Notes: generated by a model not told the origin, from the sequence alone. Shown: positions 9,415-19,876, numbered from the stretch's first letter. The stretch is DNA of 64,000 nt from Candidatus Saccharimonadota bacterium (GCA_022841445.1 JALHRM010000003.1:343-64342); one strand, 5' to 3'. A program made the numbers and translations.

Positions 9415-10269
9415 ATGGTAAAGCAAGCATTGGGCCGAGGGTTTGATAGTCTAATTCCGAAAGACTTTGATCGCCAATTACTAGGTAATAATCAACACCG
9501 AGTACAAAATGTACTCATTAGCGACATTTTACCAAATAGTGAACAGCCACGGAACACATTTCGTGATCAAGAATTACATGAGCTTACTCAATCGGTACAA
9601 ACTCATGGTGTGTTGCAGCCAATAATTGTCGTACGTCAAAAAAATAATAAATATAAGATTGTCGCCGGCGAGCGCCGTTGGCGCGCCGCTAGCGCCGCCG
9701 GTCTAACACATATTCCAACTATTGTCCGCAGCCTCCAAGATCTTGAGCAGGCCGAAATTGCGCTCATTGAGAACATTCAACGTGTCGATCTTTCACCACT
9801 TGAACAAGCATTAGCAATCGAACGACTACAGCAACATTTCAACCTAACGCTCGAACAAATTGCTCAAAAATTAGGTCGTGCCATCAGTACTGTCAGTAAC
9901 ACGACCCGACTTCTAAAGTTGCCACAGGATGCGGCTCGCGCACTGGCCGAGGGTCGAATATCAGAAGCACATGCCAGAGCTATATTGTCACTGACAAATC
10001 ATCCAAATCTGCAGCAACAGCTACTGGATAATATCTTAACCAATAACTGGACGGTTCGTCAGGCAGAACAATTTGCCGTTGCCGCCAAACAAGGCGAGGC
10101 GTCCCAGCGCGCTAAAGCTCGAACGGAAAGCGAGACTCCCTATACTAAAGCAGTTAGCAAGAAACTTGCCGCACCGGTAAGTGTTCGCCACACCGCCAAA
10201 GGTGGGCAACTTATAATTAAATTTACTTCCGAAAAAGACTTAAAACGAATCATCAAACAAATAGGCTAG
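9415..10269 (+). CDS. parB: Chromosome partitioning protein ParB/Spo0J.
   Basis: ParB box KIVAGERRWRAA and an HTH region are present. I placed the start at ATG 9415 (MVKQALGRGFDSLIP), 2 nt after the parA stop; the six-frame ORF opens earlier at 9349 in the same frame. Confidence 0.9.
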   Translation: MVKQALGRGFDSLIPKDFDRQLLGNNQHRVQNVLISDILPNSEQPRNTFRDQELHELTQSVQTHGVLQPIIVVRQKNNKYKIVAGERRWRAASAAGLTHIPTIVRSLQDLEQAEIALIENIQRVDLSPLEQALAIERLQQHFNLTLEQIAQKLGRAISTVSNTTRLLKLPQDAARALAEGRISEAHARAILSLTNHPNLQQQLLDNILTNNWTVRQAEQFAVAAKQGEASQRAKARTESETPYTKAVSKKLAAPVSVRHTAKGGQLIIKFTSEKDLKRIIKQIG

Positions 10270-10361
10270 CTGACCTGCTTGGTCTGTGCCACTAATTGAC
10301 ACGAACTCTCTGTAAGCATAAGCTTGGCGTAGAGATTTATTAAGTTTGCTTAATATGAGAA

Positions 10362-11864
10362 TTGGTGATTCGTATGGCGCAAGCAACAAAACGTTCGAAA
10401 AAAACAAATAAGTCCGTGGCTGTGCGAAAAAATAACAAAGGACGCAGTAGTCAGAGGCTGGTGCGATCTTACAATGACCGTAAGTTTATTCAGCTGTTTC
10501 ACCACATGCCGTTTGGGCTATCGTTGTGCATAGCATTGCTTATGGCCTTTGTTGCAGCCTTCGCCATATTTTCTAACCAGCCAACTACGACCGCCCAATC
10601 AAAGGCACCACTACTATTTGACGGCAGTAAAGTCGCAAATTGGGGAAATTCACAGGTTGGGAGTAAATGCGGTTCGTCTATTCGCGATATAAGCGAAGTA
10701 CCTCCTGGTAAAAGTGGTACATCAATTCAAGTAACACTTGCTGACAACTGCATATCCAGCATAGATCTGGGCAAGAACCCGAGAGAACGGGCAGAACTGC
10801 TTATGCCAATTGATAAGCTTCAATTCAAAGAAGGTACGGTGTGGTACGTCGATTTTTGGCAGCGGTTTGACCAATTAGCTAGTGGCAGTGGTGATTGGGA
10901 CATTTGGCATCAGCATCATTATTACAGAGGCGGTCAGCCCAACATTATTTTTGCTTCAGACAGCGGTAAGCGCATGAAGTTTAAAACTTCAATCGGTTGT
11001 GGCCATAGCACGCACTGGAATGGCCCCGCCATAGAAACGGGCAAATGGTATCACTTTACTCTGGGTGTTAAGTATGCCGATCTGGCCGCTAACGGCTGGA
11101 TAGAATTAAAAGTTGACGGTCAAACTGTGGTGAAACAAAAACCAGTTGCTACGCTTAATTCATCACAATCAGTTTGCTCCGGAAACTTTGATGGTAACAA
11201 GGGATATCCTAAGAAAGGTATCTACCGTAATGCGGCATTCTCGGGTACCGAGCAGAACACAACATACGGCTTTAGAATTTATGGCGGACAACCGCCCGCC
11301 AGTACTCCCAACCCCTCGCCTGATCCTACACCTGCACCACCACCATCAAACCCCAACCCAGATCCATATCCCGATCCAGACCCTGAGCCAGCTCCTCCAG
11401 AAGCGCCAAAGCCCCAAATAACGGTACGGGGTGGAGATATTACGAGCTGCAAGACCCCCTCAGAGTTCATACCCAATGGTTGTGCCGACCGGATTATTGA
11501 TGATCCACTTGCTCAAGGTCAAAGAACGCTCACCATTGGCCGGAAAGTCTTGCCCGTGTACCATACGTTTACAGCTGCCGAAACCGATGATTACCGAATT
11601 GGCTACAGTCTGCGAAGCAAAGATTACCGTGGACCAGCTAAAATAAATGTTTATCTTGATGGCAAATTGGTAAAAGAAAATGTAACAATTGACGGCAGTA
11701 AGTACAATTACTATTACCTAACCAGAAAATTAGCTGTTGGAAAGCACACTTTCAAGGTAGAGTTCATCAATGATAAATGCGGTAACTTCATACCGAGGGA
11801 ACCATGCGACGGCAAGCACGATCGTAATCTTCTTGTTGATTACTGGAAGCTCATACAGCTATAG
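10362..11864 (+). CDS. Secreted or membrane-anchored protein with an N-terminal TM anchor, a ConA-like/polysaccharide-lyase-like domain, a Pro-rich linker (PDPTPAPPPSNPNPDPYPDPDPEP) and a C-terminal carbohydrate-binding-like beta-sandwich domain.
   Basis: The Trp/His-rich core (WYVDFWQRF...WHQHHYY...GKWYHFTLGVKY...GWIELKVDG) resembles ConA-like lectin/glucanase and polysaccharide-lyase folds. The linker composition is typical of extracellular multidomain enzymes. The start may instead be ATG 10374 (MAQATKR). Confidence 0.5.
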   Translation: MVIRMAQATKRSKKTNKSVAVRKNNKGRSSQRLVRSYNDRKFIQLFHHMPFGLSLCIALLMAFVAAFAIFSNQPTTTAQSKAPLLFDGSKVANWGNSQVGSKCGSSIRDISEVPPGKSGTSIQVTLADNCISSIDLGKNPRERAELLMPIDKLQFKEGTVWYVDFWQRFDQLASGSGDWDIWHQHHYYRGGQPNIIFASDSGKRMKFKTSIGCGHSTHWNGPAIETGKWYHFTLGVKYADLAANGWIELKVDGQTVVKQKPVATLNSSQSVCSGNFDGNKGYPKKGIYRNAAFSGTEQNTTYGFRIYGGQPPASTPNPSPDPTPAPPPSNPNPDPYPDPDPEPAPPEAPKPQITVRGGDITSCKTPSEFIPNGCADRIIDDPLAQGQRTLTIGRKVLPVYHTFTAAETDDYRIGYSLRSKDYRGPAKINVYLDGKLVKENVTIDGSKYNYYYLTRKLAVGKHTFKVEFINDKCGNFIPREPCDGKHDRNLLVDYWKLIQL

Positions 11865-11900
11865 CCTATCTATATGAAATTGAACTGCTGAAAATGAACC

Positions 11901-12575
11901 CTAGAACCGCTCAGCATTGTCGAGCGGCAGGATTCGGAGCGAAAGTTTACCAACAATCTGATCGGCAGTGATTGGACCAAACTCACGTGAATCAGCCGAA
12001 TTTGCCCGGTTGTCACCGACAACAAATATCTGATTATCTTTAAGGGTGAAGTCAACGTCGTTAGGCGTGGTGCGAGAAGTAATGGTGTATAAGCCACTTT
12101 TGTCGGGGTTGAATCCATTAGGCTCTTCTTGATTGTAAACGGTTAACGAGCCATCCTTAACCACCACACGTTCACCTGGCAAACCGATCACTCGTTTGAT
12201 GAGTTGCCGCTCACCACCTTGCCCAATACCAAGTAAGCCGCTTTGGTTGAATATGATAATTTCACCACGATGCGGAATATAAGGGTTTTTGGTGATTCGT
12301 GACCAAGTGCGTGGAATTTTATCGACAATTAGCCGATCTCGATGCTGCAGGGTTGTTTCCATGCTTTCGCCGTCAACCTCGTACGATTGGAACATAAATG
12401 TCGTTACCGAAATCGCGATAATGGGGGCGAGTAAAAACAATAGAATTGTCGACACCGCCGAAGATTTACGGTCTTTTATCTTTGGTTCTTTTTCGGGTTC
12501 GACATCAGAAACCCTATTAAAAGGCTGTGGTGCCGTGGGCTGTGTAGGTGATGGTTGGTTTTGTTGTGGCGGCAT
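11901..12575 (-). CDS. lepB: Signal peptidase I (S26 family).
   Basis: Motifs GESMETTL (catalytic Ser) and GDNRANSADSR are present, with an N-terminal TM anchor. Confidence 0.9.
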   Translation of the reverse strand: MPPQQNQPSPTQPTAPQPFNRVSDVEPEKEPKIKDRKSSAVSTILLFLLAPIIAISVTTFMFQSYEVDGESMETTLQHRDRLIVDKIPRTWSRITKNPYIPHRGEIIIFNQSGLLGIGQGGERQLIKRVIGLPGERVVVKDGSLTVYNQEEPNGFNPDKSGLYTITSRTTPNDVDFTLKDNQIFVVGDNRANSADSREFGPITADQIVGKLSLRILPLDNAERF

Positions 12576-12819
12576 ACAAGTTGCTATTATAGCCTGCCAT
12601 CATTCAATATGCGAGCGACCGATTGTATTAACTGGTGTTGTGACAAAAACTAAGGCATAAACAGTTTTAGGGTTTCACCAGTGAGCACAAGTGCTATACT
12701 GGTAAGCGTCTCCGCTATATTCGTGTGTATCTGTTAGGAGACCAAATAAGCTAGTTTTTTATGTATATAATACAAATAACGAATCATCATAGTATCGTCT
12801 TGTCGAACGGAGTAGCCAG

Positions 12820-14511
12820 GTGAACCCGGATTTTAAAAGACGTAGTCAGTATTCATCTCCACCACCATCGCTGGATGGTCTTTTGAGTCGACCGGCTCAG
12901 CATGCAAATCGACCCCAACCGCAGTTCCGATCCGCCGGAGCGGAGGCACCACGTCAAGCACCGGCTGCAGTCCGACTGGATAGTTTTTCAAGTCCGGATG
13001 GATTCCGAGCATCATCAGGTCCGTCAATGGATGGATTCCGATCAAATACGCCAACTAGCACTATTGATCCTTCGGCAAATGCCGCTCATTCTAGCTTACC
13101 CCAGCCGCATGATCCAACGGATGTGCCGCATAAACCAGTAAAAAAACACAAACGTCGTCGAGTATCGGTATTCAAAATATTTCGTCGGGTAGGACTCGCT
13201 GCCACAGTATTGATCATTGCCGGCGGGTCTTACTTTGGTGTAAAACTGTACCTGACCGGGAGGAATGTGCTGCAGGGTGGTGTTAGTGCTCCAGCGTTAG
13301 CCAGTACCGTTGATGCCTCGCAGTTGAGCGGTGAAGGCGATGGCCGTGTGAATGTGCTGTTGATCGGCAAGGGTGGCGACAACCACCCAGGCGGACAGTT
13401 AACCGACACGTTGCTTATCGCCAGCATTGATCCGGTTAATAAAAAAGCCGCAGTGGTCAGTATACCGCGTGATTTTTGGATGAAAGTTGCTGGCACAAGC
13501 AGTTACCAAAAAGTAAATTCTGTCTATAATCTTGGTAAAGAAAAATCAACGGCCAAAACCAAAAACCAAGAAGAAACAGATGGCGTAAAGCTACTTTCTG
13601 ACACCATGAGCCAGACGCTCGGCATCCCGATCCAGTACTATGCCATGTTTGATTTTACTGGCTATAAAGAACTAGTAGACACAGTCGGCGGTATTGACAT
13701 TAAAATCGATGAACCGATTTTTGATCCGAATTTTGACGGTCAATATGGGAGAAATGCACTCCGTCTACCGGCCGGCAACGTACATCTCAGTGGCACACAA
13801 GCATTGCTACTTGGCCGCGCTCGTGGTGTGGCAGGCGGCTACGGTGTAAGTTCTGACTTTGATCGCAATGAAAATCAGCGCAAAATGATTGTTGCACTCA
13901 AGGATAAGCTCTTAAGCAGTGGCACATACACTAACCCTGTCAAGATCAATCAATTGGTGACAACGCTTGGCGACAATGCGAAAACAAGTTTTTCGGCTGG
14001 TGAAATAATTCGCCTAAATCAGATTTTTAAGCAAATTAAGCCTGCCGACATCGCATCGATTGATTTTGTGACGCCGCCAAATGACCTGCTAACTACCGGC
14101 AATATAGCCGGCCAGTCTGTTGTTTATCCAAAAGCCGGTATTACTAATCTTGGTCCAATTCAAAACTATCTGCGTAATACACTGAAGGACGGATTCTTGC
14201 AGCAAGAAAGTGCAAAAGTGGCGGTTTATAACGACACCAATATCAGCGGACTAGCCGGCAAGCAGGCCGAAATACTGCGGTCATTTGGCTACACTGTAAC
14301 TACAGTTACTGACGCTCCTGGCAAACAGAATAGTCCTACCACGACAGTTGTAGACCTTACTGGTGGTACAAAGAAGTTTACTAAACGATATTTGGAACAG
14401 CGCTTTAAGGTAACGGCGATTGCCAAGCCGGCAAATGTGCAAATTCCGGCAGACCCGACAACAGTTGATTTTATTGTTATAGTAGGTCAAGATGCAGCGA
14501 ATACTCCGTAA
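12820..14511 (+). CDS. LytR-CpsA-Psr (LCP) family cell-envelope glycopolymer transferase. It has a long disordered Pro/Ser-rich N-terminus and a single TM.
   Basis: LCP core VNVLLIGKGGDNHPGGQLTDTLLIASIDPVNKKAAVVSIPRDFW plus a LytR_C-like C-terminus. GTG start. Confidence 0.8.
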   Translation: MNPDFKRRSQYSSPPPSLDGLLSRPAQHANRPQPQFRSAGAEAPRQAPAAVRLDSFSSPDGFRASSGPSMDGFRSNTPTSTIDPSANAAHSSLPQPHDPTDVPHKPVKKHKRRRVSVFKIFRRVGLAATVLIIAGGSYFGVKLYLTGRNVLQGGVSAPALASTVDASQLSGEGDGRVNVLLIGKGGDNHPGGQLTDTLLIASIDPVNKKAAVVSIPRDFWMKVAGTSSYQKVNSVYNLGKEKSTAKTKNQEETDGVKLLSDTMSQTLGIPIQYYAMFDFTGYKELVDTVGGIDIKIDEPIFDPNFDGQYGRNALRLPAGNVHLSGTQALLLGRARGVAGGYGVSSDFDRNENQRKMIVALKDKLLSSGTYTNPVKINQLVTTLGDNAKTSFSAGEIIRLNQIFKQIKPADIASIDFVTPPNDLLTTGNIAGQSVVYPKAGITNLGPIQNYLRNTLKDGFLQQESAKVAVYNDTNISGLAGKQAEILRSFGYTVTTVTDAPGKQNSPTTTVVDLTGGTKKFTKRYLEQRFKVTAIAKPANVQIPADPTTVDFIVIVGQDAANTP

Positions 14512-15241
14512 AATAAAGCCACTCAAAGGCTTTTCACACCCACTCCACATACTATTCAAAATATTGCTACCAATCCTAGTATTTGTACTGGTTCGTATTG
14601 ATTTTCTGAGCTTGGCGATTATCCTCATTTTACTAAGTAAATGGCGATTATTTGCTGTGCGCCCAAGGTATTGGGCGGTAAACGTTGTTAGCAATGGCGT
14701 TGATATTTTGGTTGGCGTTTCGCTGGCCGTATTTATGGCCAATACTGGATCGGAATGGTGGCAACTGTTTTGGGTGGCGGTATATGCTGGTTGGCTGGTG
14801 TGGCTTAAACCTCGTTCAGATGCTTTCTCGGTCAGTATGCAGGCGTTGCTTGGCCAACTGGTGGCCTTGTCGGCTTTTTATCTAAAATTCAGTGATATAT
14901 CACTACTGGGTTTGGTGGCCGGAACTAGTGCTATTGCCTATATTTCGGCACGACACTTCATTAGTAGTTTTGACGAATCACACCCTGGACTTGTATCAAA
15001 CGTTTGGACGTACTTTGCTGCTGGGTTGGCGTTTGTGCTTGGTCATTGGTTGTTGTTTTACAGCGTTATTGCGCAGATTACATTGTTTTTGACTGTTATA
15101 GGTATTGGTGTCGGAACATTATATTATTTACATAAATATGACCGACTCTCAGGAAAAATTCAGCGCCAAATCGTAGGCTTGCTGTGTGCCGTGCTGGTCA
15201 TTGTCCTAATATTTTCAAACTGGACTGCCACACCGGTGTAG
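14492..15241 (+). CDS. Polytopic integral membrane protein, hypothetical (about 7 TM).
   Basis: Very hydrophobic 249-aa ORF that overlaps the end of the LCP gene by 20 nt. Confidence 0.5.
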   Translation: MQRILRKIKPLKGFSHPLHILFKILLPILVFVLVRIDFLSLAIILILLSKWRLFAVRPRYWAVNVVSNGVDILVGVSLAVFMANTGSEWWQLFWVAVYAGWLVWLKPRSDAFSVSMQALLGQLVALSAFYLKFSDISLLGLVAGTSAIAYISARHFISSFDESHPGLVSNVWTYFAAGLAFVLGHWLLFYSVIAQITLFLTVIGIGVGTLYYLHKYDRLSGKIQRQIVGLLCAVLVIVLIFSNWTATPV

Positions 15242-15290
15242 TAATTGATTGAGTAAGTTTAGTAGCAAATTAGGTAGGATTATAATTTAT

Positions 15291-16505
15291 ATGGAAGAAC
15301 CATCAAACAGCACAAAATCAGTATCAACACAGCGTCCGCCAAAAACCAACACCACTAAAACGGGTGGCAACCGGATTGCGCTGCTGCTACTGGCGTGTTT
15401 GAGTGCCGGCTTTGTTGGTGGTTGGTTTGGTAATTCTGCGCGGCCGGAAACTTCATTGCAGTCCAGTAATCAAGCCCAGCGTGAAGTCATAAGTTCAGAG
15501 GGTCAACTCATCAGTTCAATCGCCAAAGATGTCGGCGAAAGTGTCGTATCAATCGATGTGCAGAGCCAATCTGCTGGTCAGGATTTCTTCGGTTATAGTC
15601 GGAGCGTTGAGCAGCAAAGTGCCGGCACCGGTTTTATCATTAGTAGTGATGGTGTGGTGGTTACAAATCGCCACGTCATTCCACGGGGTACCACCGGTAT
15701 AAGTGTCACATTGAGTGACGGTACTAAACTAGATAACGTTGAGGTCATCGGTCGTACGCTGGACAGCGACTCGCTTGATGTCGCATTTCTTAAGATAACC
15801 GACAAAAAGGGTAAGACACTTAAACCGGCAGTGCTAGGTGATTCTTCCAAGGTAGAGGTGGGCAACCGTGTGATTGCCATCGGTAACGCGCTTGGTCAGT
15901 TCCAAAACACCGTCACAAGTGGCATTATCTCTGGGTATGGTCGTGACATTGTGGCTGGGGGCGTCTATGGCGGCGATCAAGAATCACTGACCAACTTATT
16001 TCAGACGGACGCAGCCATCAACGAAGGCAATTCTGGTGGTCCACTTGTCAACACTAACAGCGAAGTTATTGGAATAAACACCGCGGTGGCGGCCGGACAA
16101 GCACAAAATATAGGGTTCGCTATTCCGATCAATGATATCAAGGGGTTGATTACATCCGTCCTCGAAAAAGGCAAACTTGAAAAGCCGTACATGGGCGTAC
16201 GTTATGTTTCACTAACTGATGATCTAGCATATGAGCTTAACCTCGAAACAAAACGAGGAGCTTACTTGGCACCGGCCGGACAGACGGGCCAACCAACCGT
16301 TTTACCGGATAGTCCTGCCGCCAAAGCTGGTCTAAAAGAAAAAGACATCATCACCAAAGTTGGCAACACTAACATTGATGAAAAAACCAGCCTTAACAGT
16401 GCTCTTAGCAAATCAAAAGTAGGTGACACCGTAACGCTGACTGTTTTGCGGGATGGCAAACAACAGACAATAAAAGTCACATTAGCCGCTCAATCCCAAG
16501 AGTAG
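15291..16505 (+). CDS. htrA: HtrA/DegP-family serine protease with a C-terminal PDZ domain.
   Basis: Catalytic His (VVVTNRHVI), Asp and Ser (NEGNSGGPLVN) motifs, followed by a PDZ domain. I used the first ATG at 15291; the six-frame ORF opens at 15249. Confidence 0.9.
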   Translation: MEEPSNSTKSVSTQRPPKTNTTKTGGNRIALLLLACLSAGFVGGWFGNSARPETSLQSSNQAQREVISSEGQLISSIAKDVGESVVSIDVQSQSAGQDFFGYSRSVEQQSAGTGFIISSDGVVVTNRHVIPRGTTGISVTLSDGTKLDNVEVIGRTLDSDSLDVAFLKITDKKGKTLKPAVLGDSSKVEVGNRVIAIGNALGQFQNTVTSGIISGYGRDIVAGGVYGGDQESLTNLFQTDAAINEGNSGGPLVNTNSEVIGINTAVAAGQAQNIGFAIPINDIKGLITSVLEKGKLEKPYMGVRYVSLTDDLAYELNLETKRGAYLAPAGQTGQPTVLPDSPAAKAGLKEKDIITKVGNTNIDEKTSLNSALSKSKVGDTVTLTVLRDGKQQTIKVTLAAQSQE

Positions 16506-16540
16506 TATTCTAGATTAATGCAATTACAGAGAAAAGCATA

Positions 16541-17368
16541 GTGACACTGGGTAAGGCTGAGGGGCTGGTTGCAACTGAAGGAACTCCAGCACGCTATGCT
16601 AGTCGAGATCAGTTAATTGGCCGCTTTTCTATACTATTGCCCCACATCCCGCTTGGTAGGCAGAATTTTGAAGGGCAAGGAACAGATACGCTGAGTCGGC
16701 GAGTTGACGAAGTCGCACTTTTAACTCAAGGCCTGCTAGCTGTTCGCTCGCCAGAAGATATAGATGATCATGAGGTTATGTGTGCCACAGAATACACCGT
16801 CTCCTGGTTACTTATGGTGCTCCAGCCGGTTACAGCAAGCGTCAAGGGTAAGTACTTTAATGCCGGTACTGGTCGATCAGACGCTGATGATTTTGAACAA
16901 ATAATGCACATGCAACTAATCACGGAAATACTGCCAAAGTTTGATCCCGCTCGAGCAAGTTTCTTGAAGTTTTTTGGCGGTATAGCTAGAAGTCGCGTAG
17001 TAGATAGGATTCGCAAAGAGCAGCTTGATACACGAATTAATGGCAAGTCGCTTAATCATTTGTTCGAAGAGCCAGGTTCAGATGAAGATAAATCGAATTT
17101 AGTTCCGGTTTCACCTGATGAGGCACATGACACAGCCGTCTTTTACGAACGGATACGACTGCTTGTGAATATGTTAAGCAGAGTGACTGAAGAACAAAAA
17201 CAGGCTTACATTGCCATCGCGCTTAACGGTTCAACTGACGCAGAGTATGCAAAAAGAACCGGCGTACCGCTTGGTACAATTAAATCAAGAGTACGCACTG
17301 CTCGCCAAAAAATTATCAGAAAGATGGAGCTACTTGGTCATACTGACTACGCTGCGGACACCCCGTAG
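16541..17368 (+). CDS. Divergent sigma-70/ECF-family RNA polymerase sigma factor with a ~130-aa N-terminal extension.
   Basis: Region-2-like FLKFFGGIARSRVVDRIRKE and region-4 HTH DAEYAKRTGVPLGTIKSRVRTARQKI are present. GTG start. Confidence 0.55.
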   Translation: MTLGKAEGLVATEGTPARYASRDQLIGRFSILLPHIPLGRQNFEGQGTDTLSRRVDEVALLTQGLLAVRSPEDIDDHEVMCATEYTVSWLLMVLQPVTASVKGKYFNAGTGRSDADDFEQIMHMQLITEILPKFDPARASFLKFFGGIARSRVVDRIRKEQLDTRINGKSLNHLFEEPGSDEDKSNLVPVSPDEAHDTAVFYERIRLLVNMLSRVTEEQKQAYIAIALNGSTDAEYAKRTGVPLGTIKSRVRTARQKIIRKMELLGHTDYAADTP

Positions 17369-17369
17369 T

Positions 17370-18203
17370 TTATCGAGTATTTTTTATGGTGAAAACTTGA
17401 ATGAAATCATCGGTTTTTAAGAGCTTATAGTTTGATGTAGCCGCAATTTTCTGTAACGTCTGGTGCTGTGGCGGCAATGATTCTGTGAGTACAAACTTCG
17501 GCTTTTGTTCTCGTTGTTTAATTTGTACGAACAATTCACGGTACAAGTCCAATCCATCTTTGCCGCCGAAGATTGCCAATCTTGGTTCATGAGCGGCTGC
17601 TTCGTTGATGTGCCAGTCATCTGGCACGTACGGTAGATTACAAAGTAGTACATCGGCACTATGCTCATAATTTTTTAATAAATCAGATTGCAGTAACTCC
17701 GCCTCCGTATCATGCCGAACTAGGTTTTCTTCTGCTACTGCGAGGCAGTGTTTATCGATGTCGATAAGCACAACTCGCGCTTTCATAATCTCAAGCCTGG
17801 CGGTAATGCCAAGTGCGCCCGAGCCGGTCCCCACATCAACAACTTTCCAAGGAGCCTCCTTGGAAATGAAGTAGATAGACAATTCATTTTTTAGTAGGTC
17901 AATCATTGTTTCGCTTTCTGGTCTTGGTTCAAGCACGTGCTTATTAACGATGAACTCACGGCCGTAAAACTCGGTTTTACCGCGAATGTAGGCCAATGGC
18001 TCATGTTTCGCACGCCGTTTGATTTGATCATCCAGTTTTTTTATCTGTGTTTTGGTGAGTTCATGCTCCGGGTGCGCCAATAACCAGCCCCGATCTTTCC
18101 CGGTTACGTCTTCCAGAATCACCAAACAATCTAGCCGGGCAGTGCCAACCCCCGCTTCACTTAGTTTCTGGTACGCTGTCTTAAGCCAAACGCTGCCGTT
18201 CAT
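17370..18203 (-). CDS. prmC: Release-factor glutamine N5-methyltransferase PrmC/HemK.
   Basis: SAM-binding [13 protein letters not shown] and the N(L)PY variant of the NPPY motif (CNLPYVPDD). It overlaps prfA by 4 nt, the classical prfA-prmC operon arrangement. Confidence 0.85.
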   Translation of the reverse strand: MNGSVWLKTAYQKLSEAGVGTARLDCLVILEDVTGKDRGWLLAHPEHELTKTQIKKLDDQIKRRAKHEPLAYIRGKTEFYGREFIVNKHVLEPRPESETMIDLLKNELSIYFISKEAPWKVVDVGTGSGALGITARLEIMKARVVLIDIDKHCLAVAEENLVRHDTEAELLQSDLLKNYEHSADVLLCNLPYVPDDWHINEAAAHEPRLAIFGGKDGLDLYRELFVQIKQREQKPKFVLTESLPPQHQTLQKIAATSNYKLLKTDDFIQVFTIKNTR

Positions 18204-19252
18204 TCTTGGCTGATAAGTTGGCGGTCGGCTTCGTGGAGCTTTTCAATAATGTCATCAATATCGCCGTCCAGCGCGGCAGGCAGGTTACTCCGGGAGTATC
18301 CAATACGGTGGTCGGTAATACGGTCCTGTGGGTAGTTGTACGTCCGGATTTTTTCACTACGGTCACCTGATCCGATCAGTTTTTTGCGGGCATCAGATAG
18401 TTCCTTTTGTTCGTCGTCGATCTTTATTTGTAGTAGGCGAGAACGCAGTACGCTCAGCGCTTTGGCCTTATTTTTTATCTGGGATTTCTCGTCCTGATTG
18501 GCAACAACTAAGCCAGTGGGTAGGTGTGTAATACGTACCGCTGAATCAGTCGTGTTGACTGATTGTCCACCGTGGCCGCCACTGCGGAAGACGTCAATGC
18601 GCAGGTCGGATTCTTTGATCTCTATGTCCGTTTCTTCGGCTTCAGGCATGACAGCCACTGTCGTTGTACTGGTATGGATGCGCCCCTGGCTTTCGGTAAC
18701 TGGCACCCGTTGAACGCGGTGCACGCCGGCCTCGAACTTAAGCATGCGGTAAGCATCTTCGCCACGTACCATAAAAATCACTTCCTTAAATCCGCCAGAC
18801 TCGTTGGCGCTTTCACTGATAAGTTCGGCTTTATAATTATGTTTTTCAGCCCAACGCATGTACATGCGGTATAAATCACCAGCAAATATAGCCGACTCAT
18901 CACCACCGGCTGCACCGCGAATTTCAATAACAACGTCCTTTTCGTCGTTTGGGTCTTTTGGCGTCAACGCCTCTTCAAGTGCGGCTGTAGTTGTCTTTTG
19001 CTTTTGTTCTATTTCGGTAAGTTCCAGCTCTGCAAGCTCGGCTAACTCTCCGCCGGATGCAACCATTTCCTGAGAAGATGTACGGTCGCCCGCGAGCTTT
19101 TTAAGCGTGTCGAAAAGAGCTAGTGTATCCTCCAAATATTTCTGACGTCTGGCTAATTTCGGGTAAGATGGGTCTGAATAAATGCCTGGATCACTCAGCT
19201 TTTCCTGAATCTGCTCGTACTCTTCGCGTAAGTTTTGTTCTTTTTGCTGCAT
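18200..19252 (-). CDS. prfA: Peptide chain release factor 1.
   Basis: GGQ motif ([24 protein letters not shown]) and the RF1-type P(V)[10 protein letters not shown] tripeptide region. Confidence 0.93.
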   Translation of the reverse strand: MQQKEQNLREEYEQIQEKLSDPGIYSDPSYPKLARRQKYLEDTLALFDTLKKLAGDRTSSQEMVASGGELAELAELELTEIEQKQKTTTAALEEALTPKDPNDEKDVVIEIRGAAGGDESAIFAGDLYRMYMRWAEKHNYKAELISESANESGGFKEVIFMVRGEDAYRMLKFEAGVHRVQRVPVTESQGRIHTSTTTVAVMPEAEETDIEIKESDLRIDVFRSGGHGGQSVNTTDSAVRITHLPTGLVVANQDEKSQIKNKAKALSVLRSRLLQIKIDDEQKELSDARKKLIGSGDRSEKIRTYNYPQDRITDHRIGYSRSNLPAALDGDIDDIIEKLHEADRQLISQE

Positions 19253-19306
19253 AAGCTACGCTACAGTATAGCAATCTATGACTAATATGCCTCGGGGTGG
19301 TTTCAT

Positions 19307-19876
19307 ATGGCAAACAGCTTCGCCTACTTATTAATATTCGGTTTTGCAGCATCCAGTTACGCTGTGCTTATCTATCAGCTAGTTAAAAACCAGTACCAAC
19401 CTAGTTTTTTTAGCCGCCTTGTCTGGTTTGCGCAGACGATAATTAGCCTCATAACCGTCGTATTGTCGGATGGTTCACCATCGGCTATTCTGTTAGCGTC
19501 AGTATTCGTTGCTGGAAATATACCAGTTGCTATATTAAGTTATTACAAAGGCTCAAGGGAATTTAACAGTGTAGAAAAAATAAGCACCGTTATGCTTGTG
19601 CTCACTGTAATAGCTTGGTTGTCGCTCGACTCAGCCTTTATAGGTTTGGCTGGTAGTCTGCTCACGCATTTTATTGGTGGCTTGCCGACCATCTGGCGAG
19701 TGATCAAGAATCCAAAAAAGGAACGAGCAGTGCATTGGTATTTTCTGCTGGCTGCAGCGTTGGTTAGTTTGATGGCCTCAGACGGCTACTCACTTAAAGC
19801 CGCACTACTTCCCCTATACTTCACACTATTCGACATGCTGATAGTTGGGCTTTCGTTGAGACCAAGCAAGAAGTAG
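19307..19876 (+). CDS. Hypothetical integral membrane protein (189 aa, about 6 TM).
   Basis: Hydrophobic ORF lying divergent from prfA. Confidence 0.45.
   Translation: MANSFAYLLIFGFAASSYAVLIYQLVKNQYQPSFFSRLVWFAQTIISLITVVLSDGSPSAILLASVFVAGNIPVAILSYYKGSREFNSVEKISTVMLVLTVIAWLSLDSAFIGLAGSLLTHFIGGLPTIWRVIKNPKKERAVHWYFLLAAALVSLMASDGYSLKAALLPLYFTLFDMLIVGLSLRPSKK

Noticed and set aside
11146-11646. Small ORFs (11146-11421 +, 11279-11476 -, 11431-11646 +) inside the 10362-11864 gene.
   Set aside because: They fall in the Pro-rich linker region of a clearly coding frame. Their translations are low-complexity frame artefacts.
12576-12819. tRNA or other structured RNA in the longer intergenic gaps (12576-12819, 47053-47256, 60242-60379).
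   Set aside because: No cloverleaf-compatible segments or conserved T-loop (GTTCRANYC) were seen. The regions contain plausible promoters (for example TGCTATACT at about 12673) instead. A tRNAscan or Infernal run would be needed to exclude small RNAs formally.
18328-19073. Plus-strand ORFs antisense to prfA.
   Set aside because: prfA is unambiguous (GGQ motif). The antisense ORFs have no start-context support.
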